From NCBI GenBank assembly GCA_000320545.1, contig ADNK01003320.1, positions 1 to 39,045 on the forward strand: a DNA stretch of 39,045 bases, read 5' to 3'. Position 1 is the first letter of the stretch. Every line of letters starts with the position of its first letter. Of this stretch, positions 21,953 through 34,443 are shown piece after piece. The notes beneath the pieces were generated by a model that was not told the DNA's origin, ran no database searches, and was given only the letters and a program-made list of their open reading frames with translations. The translations under genes were made by a program, and so were the position numbers. The DNA comes from Bigelowiella natans CCMP2755. Its lineage: Eukaryota; Protista; Cercozoa.

Positions 21953-24900
21953 CTAAATCACGACAGCATGACTCTTCTCTGAATCACGATTTCCTCCGAG
22001 ATTGCTGTCTGGGTTCCCAGGCGTGCCAATGACGACTTCAGGATTGATGCTCATGCTTCTCGGAATCAAAGTTGATCTGTCCGTCGCCGCCGAGGAAACT
22101 GAGGCACCGAAGCGCGTTCCAGCCGACATGGTTGAAGATGCCGTGTCGATTGCTGATCTGCCAAGCGCTTGGCTGCTGATGGGTCGCAACACAGTGGACG
22201 TCATGCGGATGCTGGCTCCGCTGGTCGCGCGACTTCCAATTGAAGTGCGGTCTGCATGCGCCTTGGTCAAGGACAAGGGCCGAACCTCGATTGCATCGAC
22301 GGTTTTCATCTCTTGTTCGAAGTGGCTCAGCTGAGCGTTGGGATTCGAGATGATCCTCGCCCTTCTGGGAGCACGACCTCTCCTGTGATTGCCATCTCCA
22401 TCCACAGTCCGCGAACCCCGGCTTGCAGAGCGCGATGACCGCTGTGGTCGCTCAGCCGATGATCTTCGCGATTGATGAAAGCCCTTGTTCTTGGTCGCTT
22501 TTTTCTGAGAGGGTTGGCAGCAAAGAAGGTTGCTTTCAGATTGCACTCGCTCAGTTGTGTGCCCTAGTGTGTTGTGTGTGCATGCGTGCATGATTGTGTG
22601 TCTTCTTAGGCCTTGGAGAGGGAAAATTACGAACCCAGTCGATGCAGTACATGGACAAGAAAAAAAACTTTTGAGGGTAAATGCGGGCTCAAGAGGGGAA
22701 GGAAGATTGCAACAGTCGAATGTGGTACGTTAATTGCATGGGAGATTCCATCCTTTGCGAACCAATGTATGGAGGAGAGAGCAGCGGCTTCGCAGAAGAT
22801 CGCGCATGCGTACAGGGCGTATCTTGTGGTGAGCGGAGCGAATCCACATGCGATGAAGAGGGCGCTCATTAACACCAGCGTTGAAGCAAACCACAAGAGA
22901 AATACTTGAAATTTCCTGATGTAATTTCGTGGTTCAAAGTAAAAGATGAATTAAAATGGAGAGACAAGGACGGGTACGGAGTTAGCACTGTTTTATGTTT
23001 TTGGCCAATCTTCTTCTTTTCATCAGGCTTGGGAGGGGGAAGTGTGAACTACGTTGCCACCCGACTATTTTTTTGCATCAGTGATTCTGTCAAAACAAAC
23101 ACCGTCATTCATGATGCTCATTTCCGATGACTTTAAAGATTGGCACCAATCACCATCAAGATCACATGTCTGACAACTCTCATTAAGCGCATCATCACTA
23201 TCACCACCACTTCCATCATCATAATCATGATTCAACGGCGTGTGTACTCCTAATTGTATTGAAGAGCCGGTAGCCGTAAATGTAGACAGCAACGATGATG
23301 ACTACGAACAACCCGACGAGAGCGCCCGTTGCAATAGTGACAGCGGAAGGATTATTATTTCGCCTCATGTAGCCGAAGAACAACAGGAAGATAACCCAGC
23401 AGGCCACAATAGCCGATACGGTGGACCAACAGTAGCACTTCTTAACCTGCTCAAACGGGGTTTTGGAAAGCCTCTTATTGTGAACGATGCTGATCCACTG
23501 GAAAACGAACGTCATGTACAGTGCCAACGAGAAGGTGTAGGGCAGGGCTAGAACGATAATCACGCCGCCAATGTGCACCGCCTCCGCTCCAAAGCCTGGG
23601 AGGATTTGCGCGATGAGCGCGAGGGAGGCAATCCGCACAACGCAAAGACCAAGCCCGATCACATGAGGCCCCCCGATGATTGAGAACACATCGATTCCTG
23701 CAAAGAGCAGGCGTAGTACTTGCACCGCGAAGACGAGTCCCAAGACAATGTAAACGCCAACGAGGGCGGAAAATATAGCTAAGGGCGGCTGTGGGGTGCT
23801 ATCCTGCTGCGAGCAGCCGTTAAGGTCAGAGAGGAGAGCGAACTCGGTAAGGTGGCGACAGCGGCAAATGCCTCTGCTGCTGTTGGTGCTCGAGGAAATA
23901 TATCTGCAGCCTGCAGTGCTCCAGATCTCTCTCTCGGTATCCCAAAACCGACACGACCGACGCAAAGCTTTCTCCTCGGGCGGAACTGGCCCGCATCTGT
24001 CACCATCTGGGGTGAGGGCCTCGAAGATGATGTCGACGACTCCGTCGGCGGCAGAATTTCTGCTGTAGTTGTTCCTGGACGTGAATATACTGTCCCCAGA
24101 AGAATTGTAGATGTTGATGGACACAACGGGCGAGAGGCGCCGTCGTTCCCCTCTCCTTGAGCTGTTGTCCACTCGCAAAGGACGGCACGTCGTGACATCA
24201 AGCTGAACCTCATTCATGCCTACGATGACCCGAGGGCGGACGGAAGATGCTGATGAGGCTGACGGGGACGCGAGTACGGAGACTGAGGACGTGCTCAACT
24301 CGGCCTTCTGGTCTGCAAAGGAGCTGCTCGTCGATGCTTGAAACGCGAAGCTTTGGTATCTAAGAGGCCCCGAGTTGGAGCCCGGGGGAATGACGCTTCC
24401 CGATGTCCTCAGTACTTCATCCATCTGCCGAATGGAGTCGTCCACGAGCGCACACGCGCCTCCTCGTCGGCCATTGCCATTGCGATTGCGCCGACTACCC
24501 GTGCTACTTCGTTGCCTCCCGGCGCTATGGTGTACTCCAAGCCCGCGCCTTAGCAGCTCCGATAGCACGACTGCGCAGCTCTGCCCAATGTCCCCAGCGA
24601 GATCCTCTGGGGAGGCGTACGAGATAACCTGTTGAACGGACGCGGACAAGCTATCGGCGCGCTCGATCGAGGCGTCGGAGAAGACTGGCGAGGTCGCAGC
24701 GGCCTCGAGAACCTGGATCACCAGAGCCTCCTCCCCATTCGCCATCTCTGCCTGCGACAGCACGGCAGTGACGAGATCATTCATCCTTTCCTCCACCACC
24801 GTCCATAGGCCCAACGAAAGATCCGATAAGCTCCCCGAGGAGCACTCCCCTCCTCGGAGCTCATTCGACTGGTCTTGGCAAGTGCTCGTCGCACGCGGGT

Positions 24901-25729
24901 CTAGGGGGATGCCGGAGATCTCCTCAAGAGCGTTTCTTGCCAGAGCGAGGGCCTGGTCATGTAGCTCATAAAGCTTGAGCTTTTCGAGCGTGAGGCGAAG
25001 CTCGGCGCAAATGTCATCATCTGGCACCTCGCCAGAGGCCAACACGGCAGCTGATTCTATCATCGTTCTCACATTTGCAGCAGCATGGATGGCCGCTGCA
25101 CAATTCTCTCCGGCCCCCGAGGCAGAAGTGCTATGAGCGGGCGGTGCTACGGCTACCATGCCTGCAGGCTGGGAGATATAGCCTCCGAGCACATCGCGGA
25201 TAGTAGCGATGATCGTGAAGTTTCCAGGGGACAGGACAAAGCTGGGCAAAACAGCATTTAAGGATTGTATGGGAGAACGAGAGAGGGTGAATGATAATAT
25301 AATGGCAATCAAAACTGTGATACTCATAGTGAGAAAATAATAATAAGAAGACGAAGAAGAACAAGAAGAACAAGAAGCACAAGAAAAAAGTAGATGGAAT
25401 AGCAATAATTAAAGAACGAAGGTAGCGACTGGGGAAATATGGAAAGAGAAGAGAAAATAATGCAGAAGGAAAAAGAAGACACACCTTGCCGAGTTTCTAG
25501 GAGCGAAGCTCCGCAGGACCTGGACGCCTCCTTTATAACTACCCGCACTATCAGAGGAATGATTTCCAGGAAGATATCCAAAAGAGTAATGGAGAGGGAT
25601 ATTGATTGACGTCGCATCAGCTGAAGCGAGAAATATTGTCGCATACGCAGAGCCATTGAGGGGGGCAATACTTGTAGATGAGACCGATGGCACGTCCAGA
25701 GCGATCAGGTTTATCTTTTTATGCAATAC

Positions 25730-25779
<50 letters not shown>

Positions 25780-27060
25780 TTATGTTCGAAGCATAATAAA
25801 TATTGGAACCTACTGCTATTGTTCTTGCAGATCAATCGCGTCATAGCTCATCGAAGTAACTCACCAGGATGCTGGATGTCTGTTTCGTGGTCGCATCGGT
25901 CACTCGTACTGATATTTGAAACCTGATAATCCACAAGACACCTTGTCAATTTCCGAACTCAAAGAGAGTTTAATGTAGAATCCGCTCCCCGCATGGCGTA
26001 AAAGGACGACTGCGAGCGAGAGCGAAGAGAGAAACCGTGCAACCCAACAGCGAATATCGTGAGGAGGGAGGGAAGAGGGATGTGGTTTTGGGAAGGAAAA
26101 CGTCGTGCAAACATAGTGACACACGTGTTTGCATGTGCTGGGAGACTCGCGAGGTCCATGTACACAGATGCCTAAGAATAAACAAAAACGCCAGTGAATA
26201 TGCCATCTTTCATCTTTCAAATGCGCCGCCGTTGATGTTGCTCCATCCTCAAGCTAATATGCGGCTTTGTCCTTCTACTTTATAGACACTTGCTAGTTCT
26301 AGAGGAAGAAATACAATCGAGAGATGTATATGCGTTCTGTCGGTGCTCACGGTATCTGCCAGAATCGAAGTGTTGTCCAAGCGCCACTCGTACGTGAACG
26401 ACTAAGTTGTTTGGAAAATTCGGGGGAGATTACGCACCGTTTACTACTTGTCTACGGTAAAGTGGATATGTGGTGAGTACGTTTCCTTTCGGCTATGGGG
26501 AAGTCGTGAAAATCAACTCACATCCTTCGCCTCTTGCACGTTCGCCACGAGTGTGATCTACCAAAAGGAAACACGGGTTATTGCAGTTCGGTATAGGTAG
26601 CGCTGGACAATTCTAGTTCAAATCACAGAAGATGCCCGTGCCAGAATTACAGCAAGCTCCAAAAGGAGAGGAGATTGCTGATGCAGTTACCTTGCCGCTA
26701 CGAGAAATGGACAGCTCCCTGCTTGACACACCCGAAAGCGCCACCTTCTGTATGATGCATTATGCATGCTGCAGGATGAGCATTTGCGCAGCATGGGTGT
26801 GCATACGTGCGTGCCTGCGTGTTGGTCTATGCTTCTAGGATGTCTCTGGTTGTTATCATGGTGCTACAAAAGATATCGAAGAGCCAGTGATGGTGAAAAT
26901 GGAAATTGCGAATCTCCTTCTTTTAGATGCCAAATCAATTCCTTGTTTCATATTCTTGGGACATGTGTGATACCGGTCTAGATGTGGAAACTACAAGGAC
27001 GTCAACCGACGTCGCGTCTTCTCGGAGGAGAGTGCCTAGAGTACATGCAGAAATACAAGG

Positions 27061-27101
<41 letters not shown>

Positions 27102-27797
27102 TTATGTATACATAATTTTATATCTTATATCTTTCCCTTAACTAGGTAGAGGGAAAACCCCGACCATTGGACATCATCAAGATCGACGCACAAGTCGTGA
27201 CACCGAATCGTGACACCGAATACAAGAAAAGAGGGAGCAATACCTTCATTAGAGAGCACCGAGAAAACAACCGTAACGTTGAGTCGAGTACCTTCATAGG
27301 AGAGAAGAATCATCGAGAGGGCAGCTGTAATCTCAGAAATCACATTTGCCGACGTTCATCTACACAACGCCCCCCACGCGCATAATTCATATTCTTCTTG
27401 GGCAATGTGTCGTAACCACGCACGTGACTATTCTGTTGGAGGGAACAGCATGCTAGGCACATGGTATGATTTAGGCGATTTGATGTAGAACGCGTGTACT
27501 ACTAAATCTAATTATAGGCGTCTCGCGTGCACTGCAGAGCTACCCTCCGGAAGCTTGCTGCCGTCGATGAAGGCCACTGATCTAGTATTCGAGGCATTGA
27601 AAGTGTCGCATACTCGGCCGTTCTGCACGTGTAGTTAAAAAAAAAAGTGCCCGTGAGTACCCGATTGTTGGCATCGACATGCATAGCATGTAGCATGTAG
27701 CATGTATGTCACTGTGCGGGGGCAATACAAAAGGGCAGCTACAGTCTACAAATACAACGTAAGGTGTCTCCCTCTCCCCCCCCCCGACCCCTCTCTT

Positions 27798-27851
<54 letters not shown>

Positions 27852-29877
27852 ACACACACGCAGGCACGCACGCACGCAAACAACACGAATACGCGCACAG
27901 CATATTCATTTACAAGCTGACACCACAGAGCTTACAGTACCGTGAGATTGTAGCACGACCAGGAAAAGTTGTGCACGCTGCTCAAGCTGCTACTGCCTAC
28001 TGCATCCGGATCGAATGACTCGCTAGCGTCAAATTCAAGGCCGTTTGGAGGGAGCGCCGACACCTCCCGATAATGCCCGCCGCCGAGAACAGCGACCACG
28101 CTACGAGATGTAGTATTTGCCTTGGCCTTAATAAGGTAGATTGGAGAAGGTTTCAGGTTAGGTGCTCTTTCATTGTGTCAATGTAAGATCGGCTAGGCAG
28201 CCAGGGGGGGGCACACGTGTAGTTGCTGCTTGTAAGCATATGTATGTACTTATATATTAGAATAAATAAATGAGTATATTAGTATATTATCTATACATAT
28301 TATATATATGTATTATTTCTAACTAATATATCGATGTATGGGCCCACCGAAACATTAAATATGCCCCTCGGTCCGTACGCGGAGCTGAAGTCCGAAGAAA
28401 AAATGACCACATAGCTTTCTCTCGGCTCCAAGTGCCCTGGGGCTATTATCAGGCTGGTTTCATTGGTTGGAACCCCAGCCAGGGTTAAATCCTTCATCGG
28501 GCGGCTACCCCGCGCCAGGCGACGTATAGTCCATGAATGAGCGAAATTGGCGATGATGGAAGTGCTGAGGTTGAGCTGCGGGTGGGTGATAAGAGCATAG
28601 ATCACCGAAGAGGATCCCGGGGACAGGGCACTGATGCCGGAGAGGCTAACACTAGGTATTCGTCCATTGACGACCTCCACCGGGTGCTCCTTACACACGA
28701 CGAACTCCGAAGTAGAAGAGAAGTTAAAATGCATGCAGCCCGTCAGGACGACTTCCTTGCTGGGGCTCGTTCCAAGCAGCACAGTGAGGTTCGATGGACG
28801 CAGCACAAGCGAAGTAGCCCAGGAACCCATCATGATGGAATCTCCATCCACCGCCCACGAGCAGGTGATGGCGGTCGCATTGGTTGCCTCCGGGCACGTG
28901 GTTTCGATCGTAGCCTTTAGGCTCGCGTCGCTTGACTGAATAGAGGGTCCGAATATGCTTACACATTTATCCAAGTCCAACGGAGGCGATGAAGATGTCG
29001 GCGCATTGGTTACTTCAGAAGGGGATTCACTGGGGGCGAGAGAAGGAACGAAAGTCGGGCTTGCAGAAGGACTCATACTTGGGCATGAGCTTGGAGCCAC
29101 GCTCGGGACGCTGGTTGGGGAGGCGCTGGGAGATCTACTGGGAGATTTACTAGGAGACGAGCTCGGACCGCCGGTTGGGCTGGTGGTAGGTGTGTTTGTG
29201 GGAGATCGGCTTGGAGATTCACTTGGAGACGTGCTCGGAGTGCTAGTGATAGGCGTGCTTGTGGGGACCTGGGTTGGGCTGATGGATGGAGAGCCGCTTG
29301 GAGACGTGGTAGGGGCGTTGGTTGGACAGGCGGTAGGTGAGCTTGTGGGTTGTGTGGTTGGGGCCAAAGTTGGGACCATAGTTGCCATAGTTGGGGCCTT
29401 CGTCGGACTGATGCTCGGAGATCCGCTGGGAGACTCACTTGGAGACGTAGTCGGACCGCTAGTCGGACAGATGGTAGGCGATTTTGTTGGAGACCTGCTT
29501 GGAGACCCACTCGGAGACATGCTTGGAGCGCTGGTGGTAGGCGTGCTCGTGGGTTGCACGGTTGGGGTCGGTGTTTCTTTAATGCAGACTTGGTAACCAT
29601 TGTGATTTCCCAACGAAATGCCCGTGCAGATCCTCCCATCGTTCTGTCCAGTAGTCCGTCGATCATACGACGGGCAACTGGGATCAGAATTGCAGTTGTT
29701 TTTTAGATATGTTGGAGTCCTCCACGTGTTGATCCGGTTCACACAATACTTGTTATCGACACAACGGTAACCACTTGCACAGGCCAAGGGACAGCTCGCG
29801 CTCACTAAGTTAGTAGCTACTATCACCCCGAAAAAGATCAGGAAGGGCAGTCCATGACTGCCCGATCGACAAAGCAT
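21953..29877 (-). CDS. Adhesion-GPCR/polycystin-like receptor: signal peptide, Cys-rich segment, PT-repeat stalk, REJ, GAIN/GPS, 7TM, Ser/Arg-rich tail
   Basis: ATG at 29877 (MLCRSGSHGLPFLIFFGVIVATNLVSA). REJ motif FDASESFDPD at about 28005-28035 and APLNGSAYATIF..PLHYSFGY at about 25570-25670. GPS motif CRFWDTEREIWSTAGC..ICRCRHLTEFALL. TM1-5 lie in the 23248-25270 exon, followed by micro-exon 23053-23086 and the TM6-7 exon 22729-22915. The predicted last exon is 21953-22504. Exons in 25.8-27.9 kb are only partly resolved. Confidence 0.8.
28990..29575 (-). repeat. Coding PT/PS tetrapeptide repeat stalk (PTTS-PSES-PSGS-PSIS-PT...)
   Basis: 12-nt periodicity within the 28300-29892 ORF. Confidence 0.9.
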
Positions 29878-30112
29878 GGAGAGCACTCCCAAGCTCGCAA
29901 GGGGTTGGCACTGCGAGTGCTCAAGTTAAGACTACGATTCTTAATTACAATTCCCAAGAATTGCACGGGCGTAACCCCGTGTAACCGCATAATTTGAGTG
30001 CACTCTTGAGAACACGCACAAAAAATAGGCCCCATTGGGAGCAGGAATCTTTCTCAGGGGGCGTTTTTTTGCCAAAACGCCCTGATGTTCACCCGTGCCA
30101 GTCCTTCCTTTA

Positions 30113-31055
30113 AAGTTCTCCGTTCAAAAAAACTCGAGCGACCCTCTCGAGTTGCACCCTGCTTGGCGCGGCGATGCGGTGACGCGCGGGGGGGGGGCTC
30201 GGTCACGAGGGTGGCTTTTCCTCCTGTCCTGAACCACATTTCTGTTCACAGGTGGAACAGAATAGGCAGACGTTTCGTCCCAGCCACCGGTGACTCGGTT
30301 GCCAAATGAAGGATGTTTGGATCTGCATCGTGATGCGGTTTTTCTCGAGTGAAGCCTTCGTTCGATCGTGCGACTGCTGGACTGATTGTTGAATGCTGCT
30401 CGAATGGGTTCATCCCAAGCAGTTTTTACTCCCGAAAAACCTTTCCGTGTTTCCTCTCAGCCACAGTGTTTCGGTCACAAACTTCACAATTGACAACCAC
30501 CGATCGCACAAAGTCCAAAGGAAACGTGTGGACTGAAAACTCCACTCTGTTTGGTGTGAGCTTTGGGGAGGCATTTTGTGCGGCAGACGCAGCTGACAAT
30601 TGGACAATTGAACTCTGGAAACAGCAATCTGAGCAATCTAGCAATCTAGCAATGCAATTGAATCATCGAATGTGCAGCAGCAGTCCAGCTAGCCAGCACT
30701 AGCAGTGCACACACACACACACCTGGCATGCCAGCATGCTGCTAGCATGCTGATGCCGTGACCAACAGCACGCCACATCTAGACACGTCATTCTCTGTCT
30801 ACAATTAGATGAGATGGTCTAGCATGTGGCTGTGAGAGCATCTCTAATTGGCTAGATTTTTTAGTTGCCACGATGCGTGCCGAATGATGTGCTGCACATG
30901 GCCTCATCATCCCTCAGTAAGCACGCTAGCATGGTGTGCGCATGTTCAAAATTTACATCCAACATCGCAGTGACATTTTAATTTACGCTCTGCACGCATT
31001 TCTAGATGTTAGTAGGGTCCACTATCTCATGCGGGATGGTGCTATAGCTATCTAG
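30113..31055. other. TpA-depleted block ending in a CTAG cluster, downstream of the TPC gene
   Basis: 30113-30799 has only two non-CTAG TA (30263, 30427). About 11 CTAG lie in 30638-31055. Confidence 0.85.
30126..30365. mobile_element. Short non-autonomous repeat element (hairpin terminus plus one 170-bp unit); uninterrupted homologue of the element split at 18338/20760
   Basis: aaaaaactcgagcgaccctctcgagttgcacc matches 18307-18338 with 1 mismatch, and the continuation matches 20760-20958. Confidence 0.65.
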
Positions 31056-31126
31056 GCCATGTGTTTCCAAATTGTTAATCTTCAAGCACCTGAATCCGAT
31101 GATGTCGCCTTTCATGCTGATCACGG

Positions 31127-32942
31127 CTAGCAGAGTTCTATGTGTTGTTCCCAGGCGCATGCACTGCAATTGCTATCGAAGGAAAAATCGACTGGGTGTT
31201 GCTTTTCTTTACTTTCATCTTCTCCAACTTCTCCGCATCTTCTTTCGCGTGCTCGTCGTTCCCATCGTTAAGGCCATCATCCGAGGCGTACTGAACCAAA
31301 ACGGTCCCATCAAGAAAACGTGCGTTTCGAAATAAGTTGGGACCTCATCTAAATTGGGCCAGAAAAAGATATTCATGGTTCTTGTAATTTATAATTCAGT
31401 ACCTTAGAATCATAAACCAAGCCTTTTGTGACTTTTAGGAGCTCCTCGTCACGCAGGGCAGACTGCGCGCTCTCGACCTGCACACGATATCAAAGTGGGG
31501 GGGGGGGGGGGGGGAATGTGAGATAAATGTGGCAAAATGCAGTTCTTCCACGTGACGAGCAGCGACTACCATTACACCATACGAATTTAATCCTTTGCGA
31601 CAACTCGCAGATACGATATTCAACAATCAAAGATGTCTGATCATGAAATCAGTTGCCGCGATTTAAGCTAAAATGCGGGTGGGTCGTGGATGTTCTTCGG
31701 CGCGGTTACGAGTGTGTTCCGGCACAAAAATTGAAGAGCCTTGCAAGGAATGAAAGGCTCGAGACCCGAGGAGGATCCTCACCGTTTGGTATGCCCATGG
31801 CTCGACGCGAATGATCTTGAATAGCCCATCTCTCGTTCGGATTTTCCACGATTCTTCTTCCACGTACTTATAACGAAGAAGAAGCCATTCAGACACGATA
31901 TATCCATCAAGGTGCATATACACACGCGCGCACAATATTTAGATCTTACTGCTGCTAGCCCCAACCCCACCACCACCAAGGCTCACACATCGAGACGAAT
32001 GGCCCATAATGATGGGACAGTGTATACACACCTCCTGGTTTTTGCTGAAGCCTTGAATGATAAGCGCAGTGACAACGTTGAGTACCACCTGTCGTGTTGT
32101 TTTGGGGGGGGGGGGGGGGGAGGGGGGGATAAATTTTGTAAAGGTGAAATGATACGTGAGTAAGAACGGTCAACAACAATGGTTCCAAACACAATCCTCT
32201 TCTCTCTCTCAAGCCCTTGCGCTTACCATGCATACGATGAAGTAGAAGCTGACGAAGAACATACTGTATGCGAGCCTAAGAAAAAGAGTCATTTCATCCG
32301 AAAACACGGAGAATTAAGGGAACTTTACAGCAAAGACAGTCTGTTTTCCTAATGCCCCCCCCCCCCTCCTCCTCCTCCTCCTCCTCCCCTTCTACTTTAC
32401 CTTGTGTCAGGCAAGACGGTAAACATGACATCGTTCCAGTTATTCGTCGTTGTGATTTGGAATAACGAGAGAACAGCGGGCCAAAAACCTGGGATGTCGC
32501 CCGATTGGAATTTATTACAAAGCGGCACAATCTTCACGATAACCAACGTAAAGTGTCGGTATCTCTTGCGGTGGGTTTCTGCAGTAGCACATACCGTCAA
32601 ACGACTCGATCTTGTTGTATGGAAACTTTCCTAGGGCACGATAGCTGAACGTTTGTATACCTGTATAGTACATCAGGCGGTCGCGGGTTTAGATAAAAAG
32701 GAATAAGAGAGGAAGGGGGGAGGGGGGGCGAGGGGGAACGAGAACGACATGAATGCTCTTTAACAAATCGTAGGGAAACATATTCAATATGGGCATCTTC
32801 GATGCGTTCTCCCAATTCATTTCTCAGTATCTGTAAGGCAGCTCTCATATGGTGGTGCATACCGATAACGACAAATATGTAGAATATCACGAAGAGTAGG
32901 ACCAGAAGCCACAGCACTGTCTGCAGCGTCCTGTCAATACAC

Positions 32943-32981
<39 letters not shown>

Positions 32982-32998
32982 CGAATCAGCGCATGCCA

Positions 32999-33032
<34 letters not shown>

Positions 33033-33226
33033 CTACTACTACCAATCAGAACTGGCCATTGCACAAACAACGTGAGCAATCGCAATGAGCTTGCAGCAGC
33101 GGCAGCAGCAAGAGGAGGAGGAGGAGGAGGAGGAGGAGGAGGAGGAGGAGGAATAGCAAAGCTGAAAGCCCATAACAGGAGATCGATATCTCGGATATCC
33201 CAACGAACACCATAATGATCCTAAAT

Positions 33227-33263
<37 letters not shown>

Positions 33264-33675
33264 AACCGCCTTCAATGCGTGCTGCGACCGGCCGGCCAAA
33301 ACGAGCGTACCCGAGAATGCTCCTCACAAGCCTGGTGAGCTTCTTACTCGTCGTCAATATCCGAACGACACGCAGGGCCCTCCCAATCGCCAGCCAGCTG
33401 TGCAATAACAACAATAATAGTACGAGGAGAACAACGGATGGACAAGGGTGGCAGAGACAACAACGACCGCAACTACCATCAAATAGGGGAGGGCTTCGAT
33501 GAGAAGACTCGACTCCCTCTCGCCTACTCACTATTACCCTCACTATCACTACTACTAGTGCTGCTGCTGCTGCTGCCACGCTAACCGTCCAAAGAGTAGC
33601 ATTTCAACTGGAATGGCTGTGAATGCAATGGCGGAGTCGATGGGTTGCTTCTGAGAGTTTTGATTGTAGCAGATT

Positions 33676-33712
<37 letters not shown>

Positions 33713-34406
33713 TGTAGTAGTGGTGGTAGTTTTTGTTCTTGTTCCAGTGTTGTGTTGTTAGAAAAAGCAGCCCCTAGCACTCATCCTCCGGTGTCGTTTC
33801 AGCATAGCACACCTCAAGCCTCATCACCTCTTCTACCACCACCACCACCACCTCTTCTTTTGCTACGACAACAACACACACACACACACACACCTTCATG
33901 TATTCTGTGAGGTTTTGAATATAATAAAAACTTGTCTCCTCTGCCTGGCTTCTCTGGTGTTTCTGCGTCTGCTGCCGCTGCTCCTGATGGTCAACCCGAC
34001 GCCATCGCTGCTGCTGCTGCTGATCATGATGAAGCTGCTCAGCATTCGCCTTCCAAGCCAGTTCTATCCCGAATACCAACGCCACGAAGATACTAACAGG
34101 TGTCCAGAGGGAAGGAGGGGAGAGGGGGGGGGGGGGGGGTCAAGCAGGAGATCATAACATCCCTATCGTACGTCTCTCACTGCCGCTCATCGTCATCTTC
34201 GTCATCGTCGTCATCGTGTAAAAATGCTGCCATGATGGTGCATATCGACGGAGGCGATGCTGCGGTAACGGCAGTTTCAAGAATGAATGCCTCTTGTTGT
34301 TTCTGTTTGCTGTGTGCTCCTATCATATCTACTACCATGTGTAATCAACCCAGGTGTTCCCGCCGTCCTCCTATACGAATGGATTTCGGTGAAGTAGTGA
34401 AAGTCA

Positions 34407-34443
<37 letters not shown>

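Larger units (their letters stand above)
18291..22606. other. 4.3-kb TpA-erased domain
   Basis: Only 17 TA by eye: 15 in CTAG, plus 21821 and 21954. 18291-19596 and 19599-21067 contain none. Confidence 0.95.

Noticed and set aside
18291-22606. CpG-methylation decay or fungal-type RIP as the cause of the TG/CA excess
   Set aside because: CG is abundant here, and RIP would increase TA rather than remove it.
27197-27222. 13-bp tandem duplication (cgtgacaccgaat x2) in a receptor exon, suggesting a frameshift or pseudogene
   Set aside because: The frame is open and plausible on both sides (..FLVFGVTIRCHDLCVDLDDVQWS), so it cannot be called without cDNA.
28955-29596. 213-aa plus-strand Gly/Val/Leu-rich ORF
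   Set aside because: It is the antisense shadow of the PT-repeat stalk of the receptor.
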